From an uncultured Dehalococcoidales bacterium (GTDB taxonomy: Bacteria > Chloroflexota > Dehalococcoidia > Dehalococcoidales > CAYYQY01), in contig CAYYQY010000004.1 of the NCBI GenBank assembly GCA_964473905.1, positions 1-58,196 of the forward strand: a DNA stretch of 58,196 nt, written 5' to 3'. The notes below the pieces were generated by a model that ran no database searches, was not told where the DNA came from, and saw only the letters and a list, made by a program, of their open reading frames with translations. The position numbers and the translations under genes were made by a program. This document shows positions 48,871 to 57,105 of this stretch, piece after piece (position 1 is the stretch's first letter; each line of letters begins with the position of its first letter).

Positions 48871-49473
48871 TTGAAAAAGAAATGGCACTATCTGGTCGGC
48901 GCCGGCGTGTGTCTAACCCTGGTTCTATCGGGGATGCTGGCTATGGCACTAATCGGGACTTTAGCAGGAACACCGGTCCTGCCAGCTAACCCGGCGCAGG
49001 CTGCCGGCTCTATTACAACCGACCGAGGGGCCGCCGATATGGGAGACCCGCTAGCAGGATATACCTTCTTGCTGGAGATTGAGGGTAAAACAGCCGGTTA
49101 CTTCACGGAATGCAGCGGCCTTGGTTCCGAGAACTGGGTTATCGAACAGAAAATGACTGATGAAGACGGGAACGCAATCTACTGCAAGATACCGGGACGG
49201 TTAAAATGGTCCAATATTATCCTCAAACGGGGCATCACTGCCAATATGGATATGTGGGACTGGAGGCAGGAGGTAACAGACGGCGAGATGGAGGCTGCGC
49301 GGACAAATGGCTCTATTATTATGCTGGACAGGAATATGGAACCCGTAGCGCAGTGGGACTTTGAAGACGGCTGGCCCTGCCGGATAGCCGGAGCCTATGT
49401 GGCAGCCGACTTAAACGAGAGCGTTATCGAGGAGATAGAAATAGCCCACGAGGGGCTGACACGCGTTGAATAG
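48871..49473 (+). CDS. T4 gp19/eCIS-type tail tube protein with N-terminal signal peptide-like extension
   Basis: DPL..Y.FLLEI, FTECSGL, KIPGRLKWSNIILKRG, WDWR, R.NGSI.MLD, W.F..GWP and IEEIEIAHE. Preceded by MKKKW, a ~20-residue hydrophobic stretch and PAQA/A. Confidence 0.88.
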   Translation: MKKKWHYLVGAGVCLTLVLSGMLAMALIGTLAGTPVLPANPAQAAGSITTDRGAADMGDPLAGYTFLLEIEGKTAGYFTECSGLGSENWVIEQKMTDEDGNAIYCKIPGRLKWSNIILKRGITANMDMWDWRQEVTDGEMEAARTNGSIIMLDRNMEPVAQWDFEDGWPCRIAGAYVAADLNESVIEEIEIAHEGLTRVE

Positions 49474-49504
49474 ATGGAAAAGGGTGTAAAATCCTTGGTG
49501 CCTA

Positions 49505-49533
49505 TTGACAATTTAAATATATTATGTTAGAAT
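49505..49533 (+). promoter_or_regulatory. Sigma70-type promoter of the acyl-CoA ligase/LIV operon
   Basis: TTGACA-N17-TAGAAT with extended -10 TG. Confidence 0.75.
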
Positions 49534-49564
49534 TCTCTATCTTCGTTCATAGTAAACTATTATA

Positions 49565-49657
49565 ATGAAGCACCTGATTAAGAGTACGGAGCAACGCAAT
49601 TTCATCTTTATCAAGCGCACCGGAGTGCGCTTGAGGAGGTTAGATACTGGTAAATAA
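49565..49657 (+). CDS. Candidate attenuator leader peptide MKHLIKSTEQRNFIFIKRTGVRLRRLDTGK
   Basis: 30-codon ORF; the FIFI codons (49601-12) abut hairpin TCAAGCGCAC/GTGCGCTTGA (49611-34). Confidence 0.55.
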   Translation: MKHLIKSTEQRNFIFIKRTGVRLRRLDTGK

Positions 49658-49698
49658 TCGGGTTATTAGCGAAAAATAAGCGATTAGTTCTTGGATTG

Positions 49699-49728
49699 AA
49701 GTGCCTCCCGGGCGGGAGGTGCTTTTTT
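49699..49728 (+). terminator. Attenuator terminator ahead of the acyl-CoA ligase/LIV operon
   Basis: AAGTGCCTCCC-gggc-GGGAGGTGCTT followed by a T run; lies between the promoter and the first gene. Confidence 0.8.
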
Positions 49729-49771
49729 GTACTTTCCGGTCAGGCAAAGGAGCAGGTGCATTAAAACTGCC

Positions 49772-51664
49772 ATGGATAATCTGGATACGATACCTAAACT
49801 GGTTACGGGTAACCGTGAGAAATGGGGCGAGCGCCCGGCCATGTGTATGAAACGGATGGGTATATGGCAGCGCTACAGCTGGCAGGAATACTACGATACC
49901 GTCAAGTATTTCTCCCTGGGTCTGATTAGTCTGGGACTCAAACCGGGAGACGTGGTCTGCATTATCGGCGACAACGAGCCGGAGTGGTTCTGGGGAGCCT
50001 TTGCCACACAGGCTGCCGGAGGCATTGTCACCGGTATTTTCGTTGACTCCATCCCCTCCGAGGTAAAATACATCGCCGAGCACTCGGGCGCCAGGTTCGC
50101 CGTCGTCAACGACCAGGAGCAGACAGATAAGTTCCTGGAGATCAAGGACGAACTGCCGGTACTGGTAAAGGTCATCTACTGGGATCCCAAAGGGCTGAAA
50201 AACTATGACGACCCGCTCATAACCAGCTTTATAGATGTAGTAGAGCTGGGTAAAGAGTACGGTAAGACACATGAGGGTCTATTTGAAGAGAATGTAGGTA
50301 ACGGCAGGGAAGACGATATTGCCTTTATCTACTATACCTCGGGAACCACCGGCTTGCCCAAGGGAGCACTGCTTACCCACCGCGCGCTGGTAAATACGGC
50401 GCGGGGTTTCGTTGTCCGCTATCCGCTGAGCGAAAACGACGACCTGATGTCCAATTTCCCGGCGGCGTGGGTAGGCGACAGCTTTTTTGCCACCATTCCT
50501 CACCTGCTTACCGGCGCCAGATTAAACTTCCCCGAAGAACCGGAGACCATAGCCGAAGATACGCGCGAGGTTGGCCCCAACTTCGTCATCTACGGCCCGC
50601 GGCAGTGGGAGGAGGTAGTCAGCACTATCCAGGTAAAGATGATTGATGCCCACCCCCTAAAACGCCTGGCCTATAAACTCTTCCTGCCGGTAGGCAGAAA
50701 AATAGCCGATATGAGCTTCGCCGGGCAGAGACCGAATATCTTCTGGCGGGCTCTGCATACCATCGCCCATCTCCTCCTGTTCCGGCCCTTAAAAGACCAA
50801 CTGGGTCTCAACAATGTGAGATTCGCCGTTACCGGCAGCTCCGTTCTCAGCCTGGACACCTTTCAGTTAATACACGCTATCGGCATTGAGCTGAGACAGA
50901 ACTACGCCGGTACCGAAGCCGGTTTCATATCTTCCCACGGCAAAGGGGAGATTAGATTTGAAAGCGTGGGGCGGCCAGCTGTAGGCGTCAGCGTTAGAAT
51001 AACCGACAGAGGAGAGCTCCTCGTCAAAAGCGACTGCATGTTTACCGGCTACTTCAAAGATGATATTAAGACAGAGGCCGCATTAAAAGACGGCTGGTGC
51101 CAAACCGGGGACGCCGTCCACATTAATGAGGATGGTCATTTAATCTTCCTAGACCGCCTGGAACATATGAGAGAGCTCAGCTCGGGCACCAAATATGCTC
51201 CCCAGTATATAGAAGGCAGACTCCGTTTCAGCCCTTACATAAAAGATGCCATGGTCATCGGCGATAAAGATAAGGGATTTGTCTCGGCGCTAATCAACAT
51301 AGATTTTACCATGGTGGGTAAATGGGCGGAAAGCAACAGTATCCCCTACACCACTTTTGTTGATTTATCCCAGAAACAGGAGGTCGCCGACCTGGTGCGC
51401 AAGGACCTGCTGCGGGTAAACGGCTACCTGCCCGAAGCCGCCCGGGTAAAAAAATTCGCCCTGCTGCATAAGGAATTTGACCCGGACGAGGCCGAGCTTA
51501 CCCGCACCCGGAAGCTGCGACGGGATTTCATGGAGGAACGTTATAAATACTTGATTGATGGCATGTACCAAGACGACCAGAAGATAACGGTAAATGCGCC
51601 GGTAACCTATAGAGACGGTAGAAAAGGCACGGTCAGCACCGATATCGAGGTAAGGAGTATCTGA
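49772..51664 (+). CDS. Long-chain acyl-CoA synthetase (FadD-like, ABC-associated type)
   Basis: YTSGTTGLPKG, NYAGTE, TGDAV, PQYIEGRLRFSPYI and ELTRTRKLRR motifs. Confidence 0.92.
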   Translation: MDNLDTIPKLVTGNREKWGERPAMCMKRMGIWQRYSWQEYYDTVKYFSLGLISLGLKPGDVVCIIGDNEPEWFWGAFATQAAGGIVTGIFVDSIPSEVKYIAEHSGARFAVVNDQEQTDKFLEIKDELPVLVKVIYWDPKGLKNYDDPLITSFIDVVELGKEYGKTHEGLFEENVGNGREDDIAFIYYTSGTTGLPKGALLTHRALVNTARGFVVRYPLSENDDLMSNFPAAWVGDSFFATIPHLLTGARLNFPEEPETIAEDTREVGPNFVIYGPRQWEEVVSTIQVKMIDAHPLKRLAYKLFLPVGRKIADMSFAGQRPNIFWRALHTIAHLLLFRPLKDQLGLNNVRFAVTGSSVLSLDTFQLIHAIGIELRQNYAGTEAGFISSHGKGEIRFESVGRPAVGVSVRITDRGELLVKSDCMFTGYFKDDIKTEAALKDGWCQTGDAVHINEDGHLIFLDRLEHMRELSSGTKYAPQYIEGRLRFSPYIKDAMVIGDKDKGFVSALINIDFTMVGKWAESNSIPYTTFVDLSQKQEVADLVRKDLLRVNGYLPEAARVKKFALLHKEFDPDEAELTRTRKLRRDFMEERYKYLIDGMYQDDQKITVNAPVTYRDGRKGTVSTDIEVRSI

Positions 51665-51682
51665 TGAGAAGCAGGTGCCAAA

Positions 51683-52588
51683 TTGGCTGATTTCACTCAA
51701 ATGCTTCTACAGTACGCCATCATCGGCATCACCGTGGGCATGGTCTATGCCCTTATTGCCCTGGGTTTTGCCCTGATATGGAAATCCAGCGGTGTCGCTA
51801 ATCTGGCACTGGGACAGATAGTGCTGTTTTCCTCGTGGTTTACCTACGGCATGCTGGTCCAGGCCGGGCTTCCCTTATGGCTGGGTTTCTTCCTGGTACT
51901 GCTGTTTACCCTTGCCTTGGGCTGGTCTATTGAAAGGTTCGCCCTGCGCCCGCTCATCGCTCAGCCGGCGCTCACCCTTATCGCCGTTACGCTGGGCGTG
52001 GGCTACTTCATAGAAGGCGTGGTCAGTTTCATCTGGCCATGGAGCGTGGACGCGCTGCCGCGCCTCTTCCCCAAAGAGCCTATCCACATTGGCGGTGCCG
52101 TGGTCTCACAGGAATATATATGGGTAGTTATCGTATCGCTAATCCTGTTCGGTCTTTTATCCCTATTTTTCAGGTACCACAAGATGGGAATTGCCATGAG
52201 AGCCACCGCCGATGACCAGCTGGCGGTACAGGCCTGCGGCATCCCGGTGACCAGCATCTTCTCCACATCGTGGATGTTCGCCTGTGTAGTGGCTGCTATC
52301 GGCGGTATCCTGATATCAAGCATCAGCGGCATTACCTACGGCCTGGTTGAGACCGGGTTCAAGGCGTTTTCCGTGGTAATACTCGGCGGGCTGAACTCCT
52401 TCCTGGGCTGTATGGTGGCCGGCCCGATAATAGGGCTCTCCGAAAGCCTGGGCAGCGGTCTTCTTTATCACTTTTTCCCGTCTCTCTGGCCCGGAATCAA
52501 GGATATTATCCCGTACATTATCATCATCATTGTTATGATTTTTAAACCGTTCGGTCTGTTCGGTGAAGTACGCATAGAGAGGATATAG
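51683..52588 (+). CDS. livH: Branched-chain amino acid-type ABC permease (LivH-like)
   Basis: YALIALGF, MGIAMRATADD and VVILGGLNS motifs. Confidence 0.9.
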   Translation: MADFTQMLLQYAIIGITVGMVYALIALGFALIWKSSGVANLALGQIVLFSSWFTYGMLVQAGLPLWLGFFLVLLFTLALGWSIERFALRPLIAQPALTLIAVTLGVGYFIEGVVSFIWPWSVDALPRLFPKEPIHIGGAVVSQEYIWVVIVSLILFGLLSLFFRYHKMGIAMRATADDQLAVQACGIPVTSIFSTSWMFACVVAAIGGILISSISGITYGLVETGFKAFSVVILGGLNSFLGCMVAGPIIGLSESLGSGLLYHFFPSLWPGIKDIIPYIIIIIVMIFKPFGLFGEVRIERI

Positions 52589-52592
52589 TAGA

Positions 52593-53645
52593 TTGGGCTT
52601 ACCCTGTGGAACACGTAATTATACCTACGCCGAAGACATGGCCATTGTGCGGACAAAAACGCAATGGGTAATGCTGTTTGCTTTCCTGGCTTTGCTTTTT
52701 ACCACGCCGCTGTACCTTGGCAGCTACTGGTTGGGCGTCGTCAACCTAATTGGTATTACCTTAATCGCCGCCACCGGCCTGAATATCCTGATGGGCTACT
52801 GCGGGCAGCTATCTATCGGGCATGTCGGCTTTATTGCCGTTGGCGCTTACACCTCAGCCATCCTGACTAACCGCCTGGAGCTTCCTTTTATCGTAGGGCT
52901 AATCTGTGCCGGGCTTACTGCCGGGCTAATCGGCCTTATCTTTGGGATTCCTTCCATGCGTGTTAAGGGCTTCTACCTGGCTATTACCTCCATTGCCGCC
53001 CAGCTCATAATTATCTGGGTTATCAACCACTGGTCGGTAAGCGGCGGCTTCATGGGCATCAAGGTGCCCTACGCCGCTATCGGCAGTTTCGTCTTCGATA
53101 GTGAGGCCAGCCAGTTTTATCTGATAATGGGTATCACCGTCATCTGTATTTTATTCGCAAAAAACCTGGCCAGAACCAGGGTAGGCAGGGCATTTATTGC
53201 TATCAGGGATAACGACCTAGCCGCCGAGGTTATGGGTATTAACCTCTTCCGCTATAAGCTGCTCGCCTTCTTTATCGGCTGCTTCCTCGCTGGTATATCC
53301 GGTTCACTAATGGCCCATTGGGTCGGCTTCATGAATGCCGAATATTTCAGCATATCCGAGTCCATTCTTTATGTGGGCATGCTAGTCATCGGCGGCCTGG
53401 GGACAACGCTCGGCCCGATTCTGGGCGTAGTTTTTATACGCCTGCTACAGCAGATACTGACCGTAGAAATCGTGCCGCTACTGGAGGGAACGTTACCCTC
53501 ACTGCCCGCTGGATTCGCGACAGGCTTAATCCCGATGCTATTCGGTCTGGTAATCATCCTGTTTCTGATACTGGAACCGAGAGGGCTCGCCCATCGCTGG
53601 ATGCTATCAAAAGCCGCTTACCGTCTCTGGCCATTTTCATATTAG
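52593..53645 (+). CDS. livM: Branched-chain amino acid-type ABC permease (LivM-like)
   Basis: GYCGQLSIGH, GFYLAI, GRAFIAIRDN, IGGLG and EPRGL motifs. Confidence 0.9.
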   Translation: MGLPCGTRNYTYAEDMAIVRTKTQWVMLFAFLALLFTTPLYLGSYWLGVVNLIGITLIAATGLNILMGYCGQLSIGHVGFIAVGAYTSAILTNRLELPFIVGLICAGLTAGLIGLIFGIPSMRVKGFYLAITSIAAQLIIIWVINHWSVSGGFMGIKVPYAAIGSFVFDSEASQFYLIMGITVICILFAKNLARTRVGRAFIAIRDNDLAAEVMGINLFRYKLLAFFIGCFLAGISGSLMAHWVGFMNAEYFSISESILYVGMLVIGGLGTTLGPILGVVFIRLLQQILTVEIVPLLEGTLPSLPAGFATGLIPMLFGLVIILFLILEPRGLAHRWMLSKAAYRLWPFSY

Positions 53646-53706
53646 GCAGGTAAATATTTACTATCGGCTCTTACCAATGAACATAAAAAATACTGAGGAG
53701 GGACAA

Positions 53707-54978
53707 ATGAAAAACAGAAAACCTGTAGTGGTGACCTGTCTGGTCTTTATGGCACTGCTGCTGGTCGTACTGCCGGTCTTAAGCAGTTGTGGTCCCGCGG
53801 CAGAACCGGTAAAGGTACTGAAGGTAGGTATTACCACACCTTCAACCGGGCCAGCCGCGGAAAAAGGGAGACCGCTCGCTCACGGCAACCTTGATGCCAT
53901 TGAGTACATCAACAACGAGCTTGGGGGTGTCAACGGCTACCCCATTGAGGCGGTCTGGCTGGATAACGGCTATGACGCGGCCAAGGTAGTCACCAACGTT
54001 AAGAAGTTTCAGGACGAGGGCTGTTTGATGTTCACCACCGTCTCATCCAAGATGATGAGTGCAGCCATGGAACTGGCCAACCGGAACGAGTTACCCGGCC
54101 TAGCCTGCTTCACTTCCCCGATACTCTACCGACCGCCTGAGCATATATACGGGCAGATGCCGGATTACGGAGACGATGCCCTGGCCTTCGCCAATTATTA
54201 TCTGGAGAATATCTGGGAAGGAGAGGGTAAACCCAGATTTGCTCTGCACCTGCTCAACAACTCTACCGGTTCGGGAGCGCGGGATGCCTACCGCGCCAAG
54301 GCCGAAGAGCTGGGTATCGAGATTGTGGCTATTGAGGAGCACACCACAACTACCACCTCCGAGATGGAATCCTTGGTTAGAATAAGGGAACAAAACCCGG
54401 ACGTTCTGTTCATCTCCAGCACACCGGCACCCACCGCCCTTATCATCAAGAATGCCTACGAAATGGACATGTACCCCGGCATTACCATCGGCTGTGCCCA
54501 TGCCGGCTTTACCAAAGTCCTGATTGATATCGCCGGTGCTGACGTTGTTGAAGGAGTTTACGGGACCTTCCCTACCGTATTATGGGGAGAAGACGTGCCC
54601 GGCATGGCCAAGGTTGTGGAATACTGCGAGAGACTGCACCCGGATGATGCCGGTAATATGGACTATATCATCGCCTGGGCGCAAAGCCTGATTATTGCCG
54701 AAATCCTGAGAACAGCCCTGGAGAGTGTAGACTACGAGACGCTCGCCAAAGGAGACCTTGCGGCACGGCAAGCCCTGGAGACTCAGGGTATTAAGAAACT
54801 TAAAGACTACGCAGTTGACGGGCTGCAGGGCCCGGTAAGCTATACTCCCGGAGATAACCGTCTTACCAAATACAACAGGATTTACCAGATAGCGGACGGT
54901 GAAATTACTAATCCGAGTCCCTGGGTCGAGGCACCGCTAATCAAGTACGAAGACTACGAATGGTTCGACGCAGGATAG
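53707..54978 (+). CDS. LIV-family ABC substrate-binding lipoprotein
   Basis: Lipobox VLSSC, TGPAA and INNELGGVNG...DNGYD; GAGGAGG RBS. Confidence 0.88.
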   Translation: MKNRKPVVVTCLVFMALLLVVLPVLSSCGPAAEPVKVLKVGITTPSTGPAAEKGRPLAHGNLDAIEYINNELGGVNGYPIEAVWLDNGYDAAKVVTNVKKFQDEGCLMFTTVSSKMMSAAMELANRNELPGLACFTSPILYRPPEHIYGQMPDYGDDALAFANYYLENIWEGEGKPRFALHLLNNSTGSGARDAYRAKAEELGIEIVAIEEHTTTTTSEMESLVRIREQNPDVLFISSTPAPTALIIKNAYEMDMYPGITIGCAHAGFTKVLIDIAGADVVEGVYGTFPTVLWGEDVPGMAKVVEYCERLHPDDAGNMDYIIAWAQSLIIAEILRTALESVDYETLAKGDLAARQALETQGIKKLKDYAVDGLQGPVSYTPGDNRLTKYNRIYQIADGEITNPSPWVEAPLIKYEDYEWFDAG

Positions 54979-54985
54979 AAATAAC

Positions 54986-55011
54986 CGGGGCTCCGCGTTA
55001 GCGGAGCCCCG
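54986..55011 (+). promoter_or_regulatory. Intercistronic stem-loop after the SBP gene (probable mRNA stabiliser)
   Basis: CGGGGCTCCGC-gtta-GCGGAGCCCCG with no U-tract. Confidence 0.65.
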
Positions 55012-55029
55012 CTGAATGGAGAACGGCGC

Positions 55030-55821
55030 ATGCTCAAGTTAAATAACATTGAGGTCACCTATCTCAATGTTATACGGGTACTCCACGGCGTTTCCGTTAA
55101 CGTGGAGGACGGCTCAATTGTCGCGCTGCTGGGAGCCAACGGTGCCGGTAAAAGCACCACCCTCAAGGCGATATCGGGGCTGCTCCATGTTGAGGAAGGC
55201 GAAGTAACCGACGGCAGTATCGAGTGGAACGGGGTCAGGATAGATAAAAAGAGGGCCGAGGAAATCGGTAAACTGGGTATTATCCAGGCACTGGAGGGAA
55301 GGCGCGTATTCGGTCACCTCAGCGCCGAGGAGAACCTGCTGGTCGGAGCCTATCACCGCGGCGACCGCCGCAGTGTCAGAAAAGAGCTGGACATGGTTTA
55401 CCGCTACTTTCCGCGGCTAAAGGAACTCAGGCATAATACCGGAGGCTACCTTTCCGGAGGCGAGCAGCAGATGCTCGTCATCGGCCGGGCTATGATGTCC
55501 AACCCCAAGCTCATGCTGCTGGACGAGCCGTCACTGGGTCTCGCCCCCAAGCTGGTTGAAGAGATTTACCGGATTATCCAGCTTTTTAATACCGATTATA
55601 AGACATCAATTTTTCTCGTGGAGCAGAACGTCAGGATTGCCCTGAGCATCGCCAGTTACGGTTACGTCATGGAAAACGGGCGTGTCGTCCTTGACGGCAG
55701 TGCCGATTTCCTTAAAAATAACGAGGACGTGAAGGAATTTTACATGGGCCTATCGGCTGTGGGCACCAAGAAGAGCTACCGGCAGGTGAAACACTACAGG
55801 AGGCGCAAGCGATGGCTATAG
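55030..55821 (+). CDS. livF: LIV-type ABC ATPase (LivF-like)
   Basis: GANGAGKS, LSGGEQQML, DEPSLGLAP and VEQN motifs. Confidence 0.93.
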   Translation: MLKLNNIEVTYLNVIRVLHGVSVNVEDGSIVALLGANGAGKSTTLKAISGLLHVEEGEVTDGSIEWNGVRIDKKRAEEIGKLGIIQALEGRRVFGHLSAEENLLVGAYHRGDRRSVRKELDMVYRYFPRLKELRHNTGGYLSGGEQQMLVIGRAMMSNPKLMLLDEPSLGLAPKLVEEIYRIIQLFNTDYKTSIFLVEQNVRIALSIASYGYVMENGRVVLDGSADFLKNNEDVKEFYMGLSAVGTKKSYRQVKHYRRRKRWL

Positions 55822-57104
55822 TTTCAGAAGATAGACAGGACGAGTATTTTGATGAAAAGGAGACCATGTCTCACCAGGTACGGGGCAGATACCTGGCCCG
55901 GAGACTTGCTGAAGCTATTGACCATGCCTACCGGCATGCCCCCACCGTTAAAGAAAAAATGGATAAAGCCGGTGTCAGCCCGGCCGAAATCCGCAGTATA
56001 AAAGACCTGGAAAAACTGCCCGTAACCAGCAAGGTTGAACTCATAGAGCTACAGAAAACAAGACCCCCCTACGGGGGTTTCCTGACCATTCCCCCGAAAG
56101 ACGTGGAGCGGATATTTGTATCACCAGGCCCTATCTACGAACCACTCCATAGCGCCTACATCAAATGGTTTGCCAAACCGTTCTACGCGGCGGGCTTCAG
56201 AAAAGGGGATATCGTCATCAACACCTTTACCTACCACCTGTCTCCAGCCGGAATGCTGTTTCACGAGGCGATAAGGGATTGTGGCGCTACCGTTGTCGTT
56301 GCCGGTACCGGCAGTACCGAAAACCAGCTGCAAATCATGCGCGATATGAAAGTGACGGGATTCGTCGGAACGCCCAGCTTCCTGATGACCACTATAAAGA
56401 AAGCGGAGGAAATGGGGCACGATTTCAAGCGCGACTATCACCTGAAACGCGCCTGGTTTACCGGCGAGATGCTCCCGGCTTCGCTGCGTAATATATTTGA
56501 AGAGGATTACCAGATTGCCACCTCGCAAGCCTATGCTGTTACCGAACTGGGCGGGGCCATTGCCTACGAGTGCCGCCAGAAAGAGGGCATGCACTTCATG
56601 GATGAATACATAGTGGAAATAGTTGACCCGGAAACGGGCAAACAGCTTGGGCCCGGAGAGATAGGCGAGATAGTGGTGACACCCGTCCACAACAGGGCAT
56701 GGGGGCTCGTCCGCTTTGGCACCGGTGATATGTCCTCCTACACCAATGAACCATGCCCCTGCGGCCGGACTGCCAGCCGGCTGGTCAGTATCGTCGGCAG
56801 GACTGGTGACGCGGTCAAGGTAAGGGGTATGTTCGTTATTGCCCGGCAGGCGGAACAGGTTATCCTCGGTTTTGAGGCGGTTAACCAATTCCAGATAGTC
56901 GTCCGGCGTCCTGCCCAGCGGGACGAGATGACCGCAAATATTGAGCTTAAAGATGAAAGCGCCGACCGCGATAAGCTCGCCAGCGACCTGAATAAAAGCT
57001 TCCAGAGCCTGTGCCGGGTCAAGTTTGACCGGATTGAATTCGTGGAGAAGGGTTCTATCCCAGATCAAAGACAGGTAATTTTAGACGAGAGATCCTGGGC
57101 GTAG
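55812..57104 (+). CDS. Phenylacetate-CoA ligase family protein (PaaK-like)
   Basis: FVSPGPIY, GFVGTPSF, TGEM, FGTGD and GRTGDAVKVRGM motifs. Confidence 0.88.
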   Translation: MAIVSEDRQDEYFDEKETMSHQVRGRYLARRLAEAIDHAYRHAPTVKEKMDKAGVSPAEIRSIKDLEKLPVTSKVELIELQKTRPPYGGFLTIPPKDVERIFVSPGPIYEPLHSAYIKWFAKPFYAAGFRKGDIVINTFTYHLSPAGMLFHEAIRDCGATVVVAGTGSTENQLQIMRDMKVTGFVGTPSFLMTTIKKAEEMGHDFKRDYHLKRAWFTGEMLPASLRNIFEEDYQIATSQAYAVTELGGAIAYECRQKEGMHFMDEYIVEIVDPETGKQLGPGEIGEIVVTPVHNRAWGLVRFGTGDMSSYTNEPCPCGRTASRLVSIVGRTGDAVKVRGMFVIARQAEQVILGFEAVNQFQIVVRRPAQRDEMTANIELKDESADRDKLASDLNKSFQSLCRVKFDRIEFVEKGSIPDQRQVILDERSWA

Positions 57105-57105
57105 G

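Noticed and set aside
48871-49473. Prophage, GTA or complete eCIS/T6SS locus
   Set aside because: No other structural, lysis, integrase or baseplate gene in the window; flanks are metabolic genes.
56121-57068. Long antisense/alternate-frame ORFs (also 2227..2928, 14542..15177, 38695..39336, 49640..50272 and many shorter ones)
   Set aside because: They overlap well-supported genes, have no recognisable motifs, and are expected shadows of GC-biased coding sequence.
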